DNA of 64,000 nt from a bacterium. Lineage in GTDB: Bacteria; Margulisbacteria; Marinamargulisbacteria; JAHFDA01. The stretch spans positions 7,995-71,994 of the forward strand of contig JAHFDA010000005.1 of NCBI GenBank assembly GCA_023249225.1, in the 5' to 3' direction. Numbering within the stretch: the stretch's first letter is position 1; every line of letters begins with the position of its first letter. Shown in pieces: positions 35,450 to 44,959 of the stretch. A program made the translations under genes and the position numbers. Below the pieces are notes generated by a model that worked only from the letters and a program-made list of their open reading frames with translations, ran no database searches and was not told where the DNA came from.

Positions 35450-38400
35450 TTAGAACAGGCCGTAGCCAACACGCAGTTTATCCACATCGGGTCGGTTATA
35501 CGTGCGGCCCGCCCCGTTGTTGGCCAGTTTGCCCACCATGTGTAGGCAGTACCAAAAGCTTTTAGATGCCACCCCCGCCAGCGAAATATTGATGTTTGCT
35601 TTAACATTGGAACGTGAATCTTCAAACACTTCGAGCTGCAGGTTCCAGGTTATGCCATCTGGTGACAGATATAGCGCATAACCGGTTCCCTTAAGGGAAC
35701 TTGTCCCATAAACCTGCACATTTTTTAAACTGGTGTAACGTCGGTCTGCCACCGCTAACTGCGCGTCTACGGGCACAACTTCGTATGAATTCAAATTACC
35801 GGCAAAACCCGGATATTCAAAATATCCGATATCGGGATTAAAACCGGTATAATCACTGCCTAATTTTGTGCCCCGGGTACCCTTGTCAATGGCCAGCGAA
35901 CTGGCGCTGACCATGGTGATTTCAAAAATAGTGCCCATGTCAGTTAAAAAAACAGGATCCTTTCTAGAATTTCCCAGCGTTGCGTCCAACGTAAAATTAG
36001 CACTGTCAACAATCGACTGCTCTAAATTCAACACGCTGCCAACACCCTTGAATAGGCCGTATTTGGCATGATTCCAAAGGATATTGTTTCTGGCCGTTAA
36101 CGTGGTTCCGTTGCCATAAACGCATACGCCATCACTGCCATCGGTGGCATCATTGGCGCGAAATGTGCAATTTTCTAAGTAGCCTATCGCACCGCCCAGC
36201 ATCTCGATCGCACCGCCGCTCCCGGGCGTACCTGAATTCACCACATTTTCAGAAAAGATGCAGCGGTTAATGCCAAACAAACCTCCGTAAATGGCCAGAG
36301 CACCGCCATAATTAGGCGCCACATTGCCGTCAAACTCACATTCCTTAAAATAGATCAGGCTGTTGCTATCTAGAACAGCCGACACGGCACCTCCACCCAG
36401 GGTGCTGGTGTTGTTTGAAAATGTATTTTCAAGAATATTAATATTCATTCCGAGTGCTATAGACGAATTGGTCTGGTTAATGCGGATAGAGCTTTTAACG
36501 TTGGTGGCATCTTGAAACCAACTATCCCGGATCGTCAGATTAACGACTTTAGGATTTTCAAAGGCAGTCCCGGCATTGCTAAAATTGATAGGCGATTTGC
36601 CGCCACCCGTGCGATTAAAGGCACATTCGGCAATGATGACGTTAGACTCTTTGGTTTGACTGGAATTGTAATAAACGTTTACTGCATCCTGAACCAAATC
36701 ATTGAATTGAATTTGCCTGATATCCAATGTGACCGGGTTGACCATGGTCAGGGGCACTCCACCACCAGGCGGTGTCCACTTGATCTTTGAGCGTGCATCC
36801 CAGCCATAGATCGTTAAACCACTCACCACCGGGGCCAGAGACTCGGTATAGGCACCGCTGCAGTAGTCTTCCAACAGAATTTTATCGTTATCCCGCGCAA
36901 AATTAAGTGCGCTAACCAGACTTACAAAAGGTTTGCTGACCAGGCCTTCTTGAAAGGCTGGATCAAGGTCGCCCAGCTGCGGATCCCAGCAACCCGCAAA
37001 AATAGCGCGGTTAGGCGTGCTGGCCACACCCACGGTGCCTAAAAACTCTTGCGTGCCGCCATAGGCTCCCATGTCAGTTGCCACCACTCCCTGGGCGGGC
37101 GGAATAGCCGAGTCTGTGCCCGCCCAAGCACTGGAACCTGTGTCAATGGCTATGCTGGCAAGCGCCACGGTGGTTGTATCAGGTTTGCGAAAGGTGGTAG
37201 CGTTGATGGCCTTTAACTTAAAGCTGTTGGTCTGATACGTTTCGGAGAGCCACTTGCGACTAGCCGTACCTGGTCCGCCAGGACAAAAATTTGTATTCCA
37301 GTTCCAATTATAGGGAATATTGTCGTTGTGCCCCGGGCTGCCAGCATAAATCATGCCATTTTGCATACCATTGCTGGTTTCAATCATAATATAATTGACA
37401 CTGGCACCGCCTCCAAGCGGAATTTTGGTAGAAATGTCCATATCGGCAATGTCTGCGTTATAAAAGTAGTTGCTTTTAATTTTTGTTTCAGGCCTTTGGC
37501 CGCCATAGGCTTCGGGAACATCGGTATAGGTAGAGTAAATGGCCGTGCCCCCCGCCGGAAAATCAGCAAAAATATTGTTTTCAATCACCGGGTTGGCGTC
37601 ATCCATGTTGATGCAATAACCTTTCATGCCAGAGAACACATTGTTATAACACTTCCAGTTGTCAGCCACGCTGGCCAGGATATTGCCATTGTCAAACACG
37701 ACGCCACTGCTTTTGTAATTACGAAAGATGTTCCCAAAAATATGGGTCTGCGACATCCAGGCTGCAGGAGCGCTCGGATACATTTTGGCAATCCGAATCG
37801 CTTCATAAGAGGAGTCGGCGGCTTTCACGTAAGCATCAAAATAATTGTTATCAATCCATAAAGTGGCCGGCCCACCATCATAAAATACGGCCTGTATTCC
37901 GTAATTACCATCACCAAGCTGCTGGTCTAAGAACGAATTCTTTTGGATGCGCAGACCTTGGTCAGTCGATCCCGCAAACATAATGTGCATGTCATATTTG
38001 TTGTAGCGAAAAACATTATTGCGTACATAATGAAGCACTCCGTTAACCACGCTAGAATAGAACACTAGGCCATAGCTATTGTTGATAAAGTAGTTGTCTT
38101 CTATAAAACACGAAGCCCCTGGATCAGAAATGCTGACATTGCCGTATGGGTCAGAAGCCACATAAAGGTTAGGCGTGCTACGCCCCGCTATGGCCGAAGT
38201 TTTTGACTCAAAGTGGTTACCGTTAACATAGGCAGGCCCCACATTGCCCTGAATATAAACATGGTAGCGGTTGCCGCCTACAAATACATTATTGCGTACG
38301 GTTAAAGTGGCTCCAGAACCAAACCCACTTTCTTGAAACTCCATGCCGGTCATTCCGGCGCCCGCATAAGCCGCGTCTTTGTAATAACAATTTTCAACCG

Positions 38401-39496
38401 TGATACCGTTATCACGGTATGAATGCAGGTAAAAACCCAGGCCCCCGCTGGCATTGTCAAAAAAACAGTCCTGCACAATTACGCTGTCGTTGTTGTGTAA
38501 ATAGATTTTATTGGTTCCGCCTTGAAACGTAAGGTTTTCGATGACGAGCCCGGTTTTGTTGGAAATTTCGGGCTGTGTACTGGTTAAAATAATACAGTTG
38601 CGCTGGTCGATCCCATGCAGAACCACATTGCTTTGCGCCAGCGTCCATGGGCTCATGGTATAGGTACCGGCCTTAAGATTGATGGTAACGCCATTGCCCA
38701 CACAGTTGGCGATGGCAAAATCCAAGGTCTGAAAGGGGTCGTGATGGGTGCCCGAAACATCTGGGGCATTGTTGCCATTGACAGCATCCACCCAAATTTC
38801 AGGATTTTTGGTGGGGGTCAGTGGCCGCACCTTGGTGCTGGTATCAGTAAAATATTCTAGGTATTCATCGATCCTCGCTCCGGTTTCACAACTCACTGCC
38901 TGAACATTGAATTCGTCTCCATTCAGATTGGCATCGCCGTCATAGTAATTTCCGGATACATCCTGATAACTGGCAAACTTTAGGTACATCTCCTCGTGAA
39001 TCCCTGACTCGTGATCCAGCTTAACCAGCACGGATCCTACTTTTTCAGCATCAGTGCCCGAAAGCACGCCCCCAGAATTAAGCGGTGTTCCATTAGGTTC
39101 CTGAAAGCGATAAGCGACAAACTTAAGAGACGTGACGCCATCGAGCACATCGACCACGTCGGGTGGAATACCGGCTTGTACTGTATTGCCATTCAACTTA
39201 ATCCGAAACAAGGTGCTGCCATCTTCCATGTAGTAATCTAGGCGTCCAGAGCTGTCAGTACTTTGTGACACATACGAGACTGCGGTTCCATTTTGAAACT
39301 GGGTGGCCAGATAACTGAAAACCCCTTGAACCGACTCGCGATATGCTGCTTTTTGGCGTTGCGCCACCCAATTTTTGATGCTTTGGCGTGCCGCCGGTAA
39401 AGAAGCGGCAGTCACAACGCCCGCCACTAGGGTAGCGATCAGCACTTCGGCGAGAGAAAATCCCCGCTCGTTTTTAGTAAATTTTATGTTAAACAC
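35450..39496 (-). CDS. Giant pilin-like protein (1348 aa): prepilin-type N-terminal cleavage/methylation helix followed by right-handed parallel beta-helix repeats with Pmp-like GGAI/FxxN motifs; C-terminal Phe
   Basis: GTG start MFNIKFTKNERG|FSLAEVLIATLVAGVV (G-1, F+1, E+5). Repeats NNVFVGGNRYHVYIQGN, DNYFINNSYGLVFYSS, NNIFADFPAGGTAIYST. Pmp-like motifs YGGALAIYGG, GSGGAIEMLGGAIGYLENCTFRAN, FSEN, FDGN. Ends ...LRVGYGLF. First gene of the minus-strand pilus operon. Confidence 0.75.
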   Translation of the reverse strand: MFNIKFTKNERGFSLAEVLIATLVAGVVTAASLPAARQSIKNWVAQRQKAAYRESVQGVFSYLATQFQNGTAVSYVSQSTDSSGRLDYYMEDGSTLFRIKLNGNTVQAGIPPDVVDVLDGVTSLKFVAYRFQEPNGTPLNSGGVLSGTDAEKVGSVLVKLDHESGIHEEMYLKFASYQDVSGNYYDGDANLNGDEFNVQAVSCETGARIDEYLEYFTDTSTKVRPLTPTKNPEIWVDAVNGNNAPDVSGTHHDPFQTLDFAIANCVGNGVTINLKAGTYTMSPWTLAQSNVVLHGIDQRNCIILTSTQPEISNKTGLVIENLTFQGGTNKIYLHNNDSVIVQDCFFDNASGGLGFYLHSYRDNGITVENCYYKDAAYAGAGMTGMEFQESGFGSGATLTVRNNVFVGGNRYHVYIQGNVGPAYVNGNHFESKTSAIAGRSTPNLYVASDPYGNVSISDPGASCFIEDNYFINNSYGLVFYSSVVNGVLHYVRNNVFRYNKYDMHIMFAGSTDQGLRIQKNSFLDQQLGDGNYGIQAVFYDGGPATLWIDNNYFDAYVKAADSSYEAIRIAKMYPSAPAAWMSQTHIFGNIFRNYKSSGVVFDNGNILASVADNWKCYNNVFSGMKGYCINMDDANPVIENNIFADFPAGGTAIYSTYTDVPEAYGGQRPETKIKSNYFYNADIADMDISTKIPLGGGASVNYIMIETSNGMQNGMIYAGSPGHNDNIPYNWNWNTNFCPGGPGTASRKWLSETYQTNSFKLKAINATTFRKPDTTTVALASIAIDTGSSAWAGTDSAIPPAQGVVATDMGAYGGTQEFLGTVGVASTPNRAIFAGCWDPQLGDLDPAFQEGLVSKPFVSLVSALNFARDNDKILLEDYCSGAYTESLAPVVSGLTIYGWDARSKIKWTPPGGGVPLTMVNPVTLDIRQIQFNDLVQDAVNVYYNSSQTKESNVIIAECAFNRTGGGKSPINFSNAGTAFENPKVVNLTIRDSWFQDATNVKSSIRINQTNSSIALGMNINILENTFSNNTSTLGGGAVSAVLDSNSLIYFKECEFDGNVAPNYGGALAIYGGLFGINRCIFSENVVNSGTPGSGGAIEMLGGAIGYLENCTFRANDATDGSDGVCVYGNGTTLTARNNILWNHAKYGLFKGVGSVLNLEQSIVDSANFTLDATLGNSRKDPVFLTDMGTIFEITMVSASSLAIDKGTRGTKLGSDYTGFNPDIGYFEYPGFAGNLNSYEVVPVDAQLAVADRRYTSLKNVQVYGTSSLKGTGYALYLSPDGITWNLQLEVFEDSRSNVKANINISLAGVASKSFWYCLHMVGKLANNGAGRTYNRPDVDKLRVGYGLF

Positions 39497-39705
39497 AAGC
39501 TTTACCTTTTAATTGTTCCTTCAATAAGTCGTTTTTAAACCTAAGCACCTGTCTTTTATCCTATCGAAAAATTTGATTGGAAACTTGTGTGAATTGTGGG
39601 AATACCCAGGTTTTGTTAGAATTTGAGGCCATTCTACACAATTGCCAAATTCTGGTCCCGGAAACGGGCAAGGCAATTGGAGGTTAAACCAGAAAGGATT
39701 CATAT

Positions 39706-40689
39706 ATGTCAGAACAAAAACAAGTAGTAACCATGCGTCAGTTGCTGGAGGCTGGCGTGCATTTTGGGCACCAAACCAAACGTTGGCACCCTAAAATGAA
39801 AAAATATATTTTTACTTCGCGCAACGATATCCATATTATCGATTTGCAGCAAACCTTAAAACTTATTCACGAGGCATACTCCATCGTACGTCAAAAGGTC
39901 GAGCGTGGCGGCAAGTGCTTGTTTGTAGGCACCAAAAAACAAGCCCAGGAGGCCATTGAAGAAGAAGCCAAGCGTTGCGGGATGTATTTTGTAAACCAAC
40001 GTTGGCTGGGTGGCACGTTGACCAACTTTGAAACCATTCGCAAAAGCATCCGTAAGCTGAAATCACTTGAACAGATGAAAACCGAAGGCATTTTTGATCT
40101 TTTAAGTTCTAAGGAAGTCAGCAAAAAAACCAAGGAGCTGATGCGTTTGCATCATTACATCGGCGGCATCACCGAGATGAAAAAGCTTCCGGACATCATT
40201 TTTATCATTGACCTTAAAAAAGAAGCTATTGCGGTTACCGAGGCCAATCGTCTGGGTATACCGATTGTGGCCGTGGTCGATACCAATTGCGATCCGGGAC
40301 CGATTCAACACCCCATTCCGGGTAACGACGATGCCATTCGCGCCATCAAACTGGTGTCTTCGGTGATTGCCAATGCGGTCATGGAAGGCCGGGCCAACCA
40401 GGTTGAAGGGGTTGATGACGGTGATGAATCTTCAGATGAATTTACCATGGATGTCGACGCCGAGCGGATTATGGAAGACTATCTTATGGAAGAAGAAGCC
40501 CGTATGCGTCATGCCAAAATCCGTCGCAAGCCTACAGGCACTGAAGCAAGTCCTGCCGTGCCAGGCGATGGCACAACCCTTACGGTCGTTACTCCCGATA
40601 AGGACAGCCGATCGAAAGAAATTGAAACCGTAACCGAGCTTGAAAAAAATATCCACGAGGCCATGGCCGAAACCCCGGTTAAAGCATAA
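39706..40689 (+). CDS. rpsB: 30S ribosomal protein S2 with ~85-aa acidic C-terminal extension
   Basis: [36 protein letters not shown]... is canonical S2. 327 aa against about 240 typical. AAAGGA RBS. Confidence 0.95.
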   Translation: MSEQKQVVTMRQLLEAGVHFGHQTKRWHPKMKKYIFTSRNDIHIIDLQQTLKLIHEAYSIVRQKVERGGKCLFVGTKKQAQEAIEEEAKRCGMYFVNQRWLGGTLTNFETIRKSIRKLKSLEQMKTEGIFDLLSSKEVSKKTKELMRLHHYIGGITEMKKLPDIIFIIDLKKEAIAVTEANRLGIPIVAVVDTNCDPGPIQHPIPGNDDAIRAIKLVSSVIANAVMEGRANQVEGVDDGDESSDEFTMDVDAERIMEDYLMEEEARMRHAKIRRKPTGTEASPAVPGDGTTLTVVTPDKDSRSKEIETVTELEKNIHEAMAETPVKA

Positions 40690-40714
40690 TTTTTTTGACA
40701 GAGAGGAACCCCTT

Positions 40715-41569
40715 ATGACTGTTGCTATTACCCCGCAATTGGTGCAGTCTCTGCGCCAAAAAACAAGTTCCGGCATGATGGACTGTAAAAAAGCTTTGGC
40801 CGAAGCAGGTGGCGACCTAGAAAAAGCCGTCGAAATTTTGCGTGTTAAAGGCCAGTTGAGTGCTGCCAAGCGTTCTGACCGTGTGACCAAAGAAGGTTAC
40901 GTGGTCTCGTGCGTGTCTGAAAACCGCAAGCAAGCCGCACTGGTGCACCTGGGTTGTGAGACAGACTTTGTTGCACGCAATCAGTCATTTCAGGCTTTTG
41001 CCGAAACTTTGGCTCGCCATGTGGTTCGCAGTGGGGCCATATCGGTGAACGAACTGCTTATGTCAGCTGTTCCGGGCATGAACGTTGCATCCGTCGCAGA
41101 CGGATTGAATGCGCTGGTTGCCTCTATCGGTGAAAAACTAGAACTTGGACGCGTGGCTTATCTTTTCTGTGACACCTGATTTATTCAGTCCTATATTCAT
41201 CCGGGTGCCAAAATTGGCGTTCTGGTGGCGCTTGAACAGGCCGACATCAACAAACAGGGCGACCTTGCCAAAGATTTGGCCATGCAAATTGCCGCTGCAG
41301 CTCCAGAATATCTGACCCCGGGGGATGTACCCGCTGAAAAACTGCAAAAAGAACTGTCCTTGATCAAAGAAGAGCTGCGTACGGCCGGAAAGCCAGAAGC
41401 CATGCTAGATAAAATTGCTCAGGGAAAAATAGGTAAGTTTTATACCGATGTTTGTTTGCTGAAGCAAGCCTTCATTAAAAATACTGACCTGACGGTAGAA
41501 GCTCACATGATTCAGCAGGCACCGGGAGTTAAAGTAAAAAGCTTTGTGCGTTTTGCGGTGGCAAGCTAA
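40715..41569 (+). CDS. tsf: Elongation factor Ts, interrupted by a single in-frame TGA at 41177-41179 (possible pseudogene, sequencing error, or readthrough)
   Basis: MTVAITPQLVQSLRQKTSSGMMDCKKALAEAGGDLEKAVEILR (UBA-like N-terminus) ...GEKLELGRVAYLFCDT*FIQSYIHPGAKIGVLVAL... Both halves are in the same reading frame per the ORF track (40640..41179 and 41225..41569). The combined length of 284 codons equals EF-Ts. Confidence 0.85.
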
Positions 41570-41998
41570 TCAGCCTTGCTGGGGCTCGCTAGCGCCTTGG
41601 CTTAGCTCTTCTAAAAATTCCTCGTATTCAGCCGAAGTCATCAACTCATCAAGTTCACGCGGATCAGACATGCGTAACTTGATCAACCAGCCACCATCGT
41701 AAGGATCGTCGTTGACGAGTTCCGGTGTCTCAACCACAGCTTTGTTAATTTCGATTACTTCGCCACTGCAAGGCGAATACAGGTTACTGACAGTCTTTAC
41801 AGATTCCACCACGCCAAACTCGGCAAATTGAATGACTGGCTTTTTGGCTTCTGGCAACTCAACGTACACGATATCGCCAAGCTCTTCCTGGGCATAATAC
41901 GTAATGCCAACGGTGGCCACGTTGCCTTCGACACTCACCCATTCGTGTTCCTGGGTGTATTTTAAATCACGTGGAAAAGTAACAGCCGTTCCGGTCAT
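41570..41998 (-). CDS. gcvH: Glycine cleavage system H protein
   Basis: Lipoyl-lysine motif FGVVESVKTVSNLYSPCSGEV. Confidence 0.9.
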   Translation of the reverse strand: MTGTAVTFPRDLKYTQEHEWVSVEGNVATVGITYYAQEELGDIVYVELPEAKKPVIQFAEFGVVESVKTVSNLYSPCSGEVIEINKAVVETPELVNDDPYDGGWLIKLRMSDPRELDELMTSAEYEEFLEELSQGASEPQQG

Positions 41999-42038
41999 GG
42001 CGAAATTCTATCAAACCCTATAAAAAAGCTACAATCGC

Positions 42039-43133
42039 TCATATTTTTTGCCGCCGATAAAAAGGCAATGTGCATACACGCGCAGGTTGCCATTTTCCAC
42101 GGATATCGACATTCAGCAGCTGGCCCAGCGTTGCATAACCTGGGTCCACGTAAGCCATGGCAATGGGTCGTTCAAGCGTGGGGGAGAACGTGCCACTGGT
42201 GACTGTTCCGCCTTCTTGAAGCATATAACCCTCGCGTGCAATGGCCCGGCCTTCCATCATCAGTCCGACCAAGGTGAGCTGGATGCCAGGCGTTTTTTGG
42301 GCCGCCAAAAGTGCGGACTTTCCGATAAAATCAGGTTTTTGCCATTTCAATACCCAGGCGTGTGCCGTCTGAATCGGCAGAGTTTCTTCATTGAGCTCGT
42401 GGCCGTAGAGCGGTAAAGCCGCTTCTAGTCGCAGCGTGTCGCGGGCCGCCAGCCCACAGGCAGGCACGCCTTGGGACAACAGCATGTTCCAAAGCACCGG
42501 CAGGATATCCGGTGCCACAAAAAATTCAACTCCATCTTCGCCGGTGTAACCGGTACGTGATACCAGCGTGCGTTGCCCGAGCAAGGTCATCCACTCAAAA
42601 TGGAAGGGCTTGAGCTGGGCCGGGAAGTCTGGAAACAGTGTTTGCAACAGCGCCAGCGTCTTGGGTCCCTGCACCGCAAAAGGCACGCGTTCGTGCAGCA
42701 AATAACGGTAAAACGCCTGCTTGGGCAAAGTGGCCTGAAACCAGTTAAGGATTTTATCTACGTTACCGGCATTTACAATGACCCAATAGTGGTTTTCCTC
42801 TAAAAGATAAATCAAAATATCGTCCCGTATTCCTCCGCGTTCATTCAGCAGCATGTTGTATTGTGTTTGGCCGGGTTTAAGTGCGGCCACATTGTTGCAG
42901 CTTAACTTTTGTAAACCTGCCAGCGCTTCGGGGCCGCGCACTTCGACCACGCCCATATGCGCTATATCAAACATCCCCACGCCAGTGCGCACAGATTGGT
43001 GCTCTTTAATCGTTCCTTCGAACACGAGTGGCATCTGCCAGCCGGCAAAGGGTCCCATCCTGGCCTTGAGCTTGAGGTGTTCTTGATAAAGCGGAGTCTG
43101 TCTGACCTGTGTGTCAGCACTTACGGTGGTCAT
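42039..43133 (-). CDS. gcvT: Glycine cleavage system T protein (aminomethyltransferase)
   Basis: 364 aa: GWQMPLVFEG...GMFDIAHMGVVEVRG, the typical GcvT N-terminus. Confidence 0.85.
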   Translation of the reverse strand: MTTVSADTQVRQTPLYQEHLKLKARMGPFAGWQMPLVFEGTIKEHQSVRTGVGMFDIAHMGVVEVRGPEALAGLQKLSCNNVAALKPGQTQYNMLLNERGGIRDDILIYLLEENHYWVIVNAGNVDKILNWFQATLPKQAFYRYLLHERVPFAVQGPKTLALLQTLFPDFPAQLKPFHFEWMTLLGQRTLVSRTGYTGEDGVEFFVAPDILPVLWNMLLSQGVPACGLAARDTLRLEAALPLYGHELNEETLPIQTAHAWVLKWQKPDFIGKSALLAAQKTPGIQLTLVGLMMEGRAIAREGYMLQEGGTVTSGTFSPTLERPIAMAYVDPGYATLGQLLNVDIRGKWQPARVCTLPFYRRQKI

Positions 43134-44221
43134 CAGGATTTTCCAAAAATAGCCGGCAGCAAGCCCAGTAAGCGGCCCAGTTCAATGAGGCTGCTAATCG
43201 TCACGCGGATGGCTTTGGGTTCACCAAAACCATCCATGGGCCTAATGATGACCCCATGGCGCAAAAGTTGCTGAAACACAAAGCGGCCAGCCACCGGCGT
43301 GCTGGCAAAAATAAAATTGGCCTGCGAGGGAACCGTCTGGCAACCCACCTGACGCAGACCATTGTCTAAAAGCGGCATTTGATCGCTGATGCAACGCCGC
43401 GTGCGGCTGACATGTTCCTGATCCTGCAAGGCCGCCCGCGCCGCAATCTGCGCCAGGCTGTTGACGTTAAAAGGCTGGCGCACCTTGTGCAAAATGCGAA
43501 TCAGTTCTTCATGGCCCATACCGTACCCAACCCGCAGACCCGCCAGGCCATAGATTTTTGAAAAGGTGCGTAACACCAAAAGATTGGGATGTTGCTGCAG
43601 CAGTTGTAACGAGCGGGGATAATCTGACGCGCGCACAAATTCGGCATAGGCTTCGTCGAGCACCACCAATATGTGCTGCGGTACTTGCGCCAAAAACCGC
43701 TTAAGATCGTCGTGGCTCACGTAAGTACCGGTGGGATTATTGGGATTACTGATAAAAATAACCTTGGTGCTTGATTTGATAGCGTGGAACATGGCATCAA
43801 GGTCATAGGTCCATTGTTTAAGCGGCACCGTATCACAGGGAGCATTGAGCAAACGGCTGCAAAAATCATATTCGCTAAAGGTGCAACGCGCGGTCAGGGT
43901 GCGGTCACCCGCTTCCAAATAGGCCAGGGCCACCAACTGCAAAATTTCGTCGGATCCGTTGCCGACAAGTATCTGTCCGGGGGCAAGTTTATGGAATGCT
44001 GCCAGATCATGCCGAAGCAAGGTGGCGCTGCCGTCAGGATAGCGGTGCAGGTCGGGCAAAGCCAGGCGAATAGCCTCGAGCGCCTTGGGGCTGGGGCCCA
44101 GCGGATTTTCATTAGAGGCCAGTTTAAAGACCTCGGTCAGTCCAAATTCACGCTGCACTTCTTCGATGGGCTTTCCGGGTTCGTAGGGAGTCATGTCGGC
44201 TACCAAGGAACGCGGTTGCAT
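43133..44221 (-). CDS. hisC: Histidinol-phosphate aminotransferase
   Basis: KLASNENPLGPSP motif. Class II aminotransferase length. ATGA overlap with gcvT. Confidence 0.85.
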   Translation of the reverse strand: MQPRSLVADMTPYEPGKPIEEVQREFGLTEVFKLASNENPLGPSPKALEAIRLALPDLHRYPDGSATLLRHDLAAFHKLAPGQILVGNGSDEILQLVALAYLEAGDRTLTARCTFSEYDFCSRLLNAPCDTVPLKQWTYDLDAMFHAIKSSTKVIFISNPNNPTGTYVSHDDLKRFLAQVPQHILVVLDEAYAEFVRASDYPRSLQLLQQHPNLLVLRTFSKIYGLAGLRVGYGMGHEELIRILHKVRQPFNVNSLAQIAARAALQDQEHVSRTRRCISDQMPLLDNGLRQVGCQTVPSQANFIFASTPVAGRFVFQQLLRHGVIIRPMDGFGEPKAIRVTISSLIELGRLLGLLPAIFGKS

Positions 44222-44284
44222 GATGGGTTAGTGTACAGCGTTTTTGCCAAGCTGTCCGTCCGCGACGGATATACTGATTGCAGG

Positions 44285-44953
44285 ATGAAAGCGCCCTTCA
44301 AGTTAGTGTTGTGTCTGTTCTACCTGGTGGCCATTAGCTCACGCGCACAAGCTGCTTTTGTGATGAACCACCCGCTCAACCTGGCACATACCACGCAGTG
44401 GTTGTCGCTGGGCGCTGGCGCGGGCGTGGTGCTTCCGTACCAGAGTGTTGTATACGGTTTTGTTCAGAATACTTACTTTGATCACATACATCTGGCCTAT
44501 GCACAGGGTGTTGGATATCACCTGGCCTCGGGATCCTTGAACGGGCAGCTTGCGCTGATTCAAGGCCTGGGCTTGGGCTATCATTTAATGTTTAACGCCT
44601 TTGGCCTATATATAGGCTGGCACAGTGAGCAGACCTCGCCGGGCAGTCCTGCGATCTACCATTACGCCAATCAAAGCGTGCATGCCTATGGACTGGCAAA
44701 GATTGGCGAGGCCAGCAGCCCCAATCCCAGCATCGTGTACGTGGGTTTTCGATCCACACAGTTTACGCAGTTTACGTTTAAAACCGGTGATCGTGGTCTG
44801 CTTCAGTTGGTTGCCGGCACGCACTTTTGCGGCAGCGAAACGCCCTTATGGCTCAATAATGTGTTTACTGAAATCACAGTGGAAATGTCTGATTACGGCA
44901 CCGGCAGCGGCGGCGAAAATATTTTTGGATTTCAGGCGGGGATCTTTATCTAG
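44285..44953 (+). CDS. Small outer-membrane beta-barrel-like hypothetical protein with signal peptide
   Basis: MKAPFKLVLCLFYLVAISSRAQA signal peptide. G/Y-rich alternating strands. C-terminal FQAGIFI (terminal aromatic/hydrophobic). Only the 3' third of ORF 43784..44953 is used. The rest is antisense to hisC. Confidence 0.5.
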   Translation: MKAPFKLVLCLFYLVAISSRAQAAFVMNHPLNLAHTTQWLSLGAGAGVVLPYQSVVYGFVQNTYFDHIHLAYAQGVGYHLASGSLNGQLALIQGLGLGYHLMFNAFGLYIGWHSEQTSPGSPAIYHYANQSVHAYGLAKIGEASSPNPSIVYVGFRSTQFTQFTFKTGDRGLLQLVAGTHFCGSETPLWLNNVFTEITVEMSDYGTGSGGENIFGFQAGIFI

Positions 44954-44959
44954 CCCCGA

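Noticed and set aside
36512-39241. Several 60-180 aa ORFs on the plus strand inside the giant pilin-like gene, and similar antisense ORFs inside secretin, GH94, spoT and the Lon-like genes
   Set aside because: They are antisense to long, well-supported genes. They have no motifs and show high-GC codon artefacts.
41177-41179. Selenocysteine or genome-wide UGA reassignment as the explanation for the tsf TGA
   Set aside because: TGA terminates other genes in the window, for example at the narK end. No SECIS-like stem-loop is evident immediately downstream. Kept as a finding, but the most likely explanations are a sequencing error or a nonsense allele.
43784-44284. 5' two-thirds of the 389-aa plus-strand ORF 43784..44953
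   Set aside because: It is antisense to hisC. Only the 3' portion, beginning at the MKAPFKL signal peptide, looks like a real gene.
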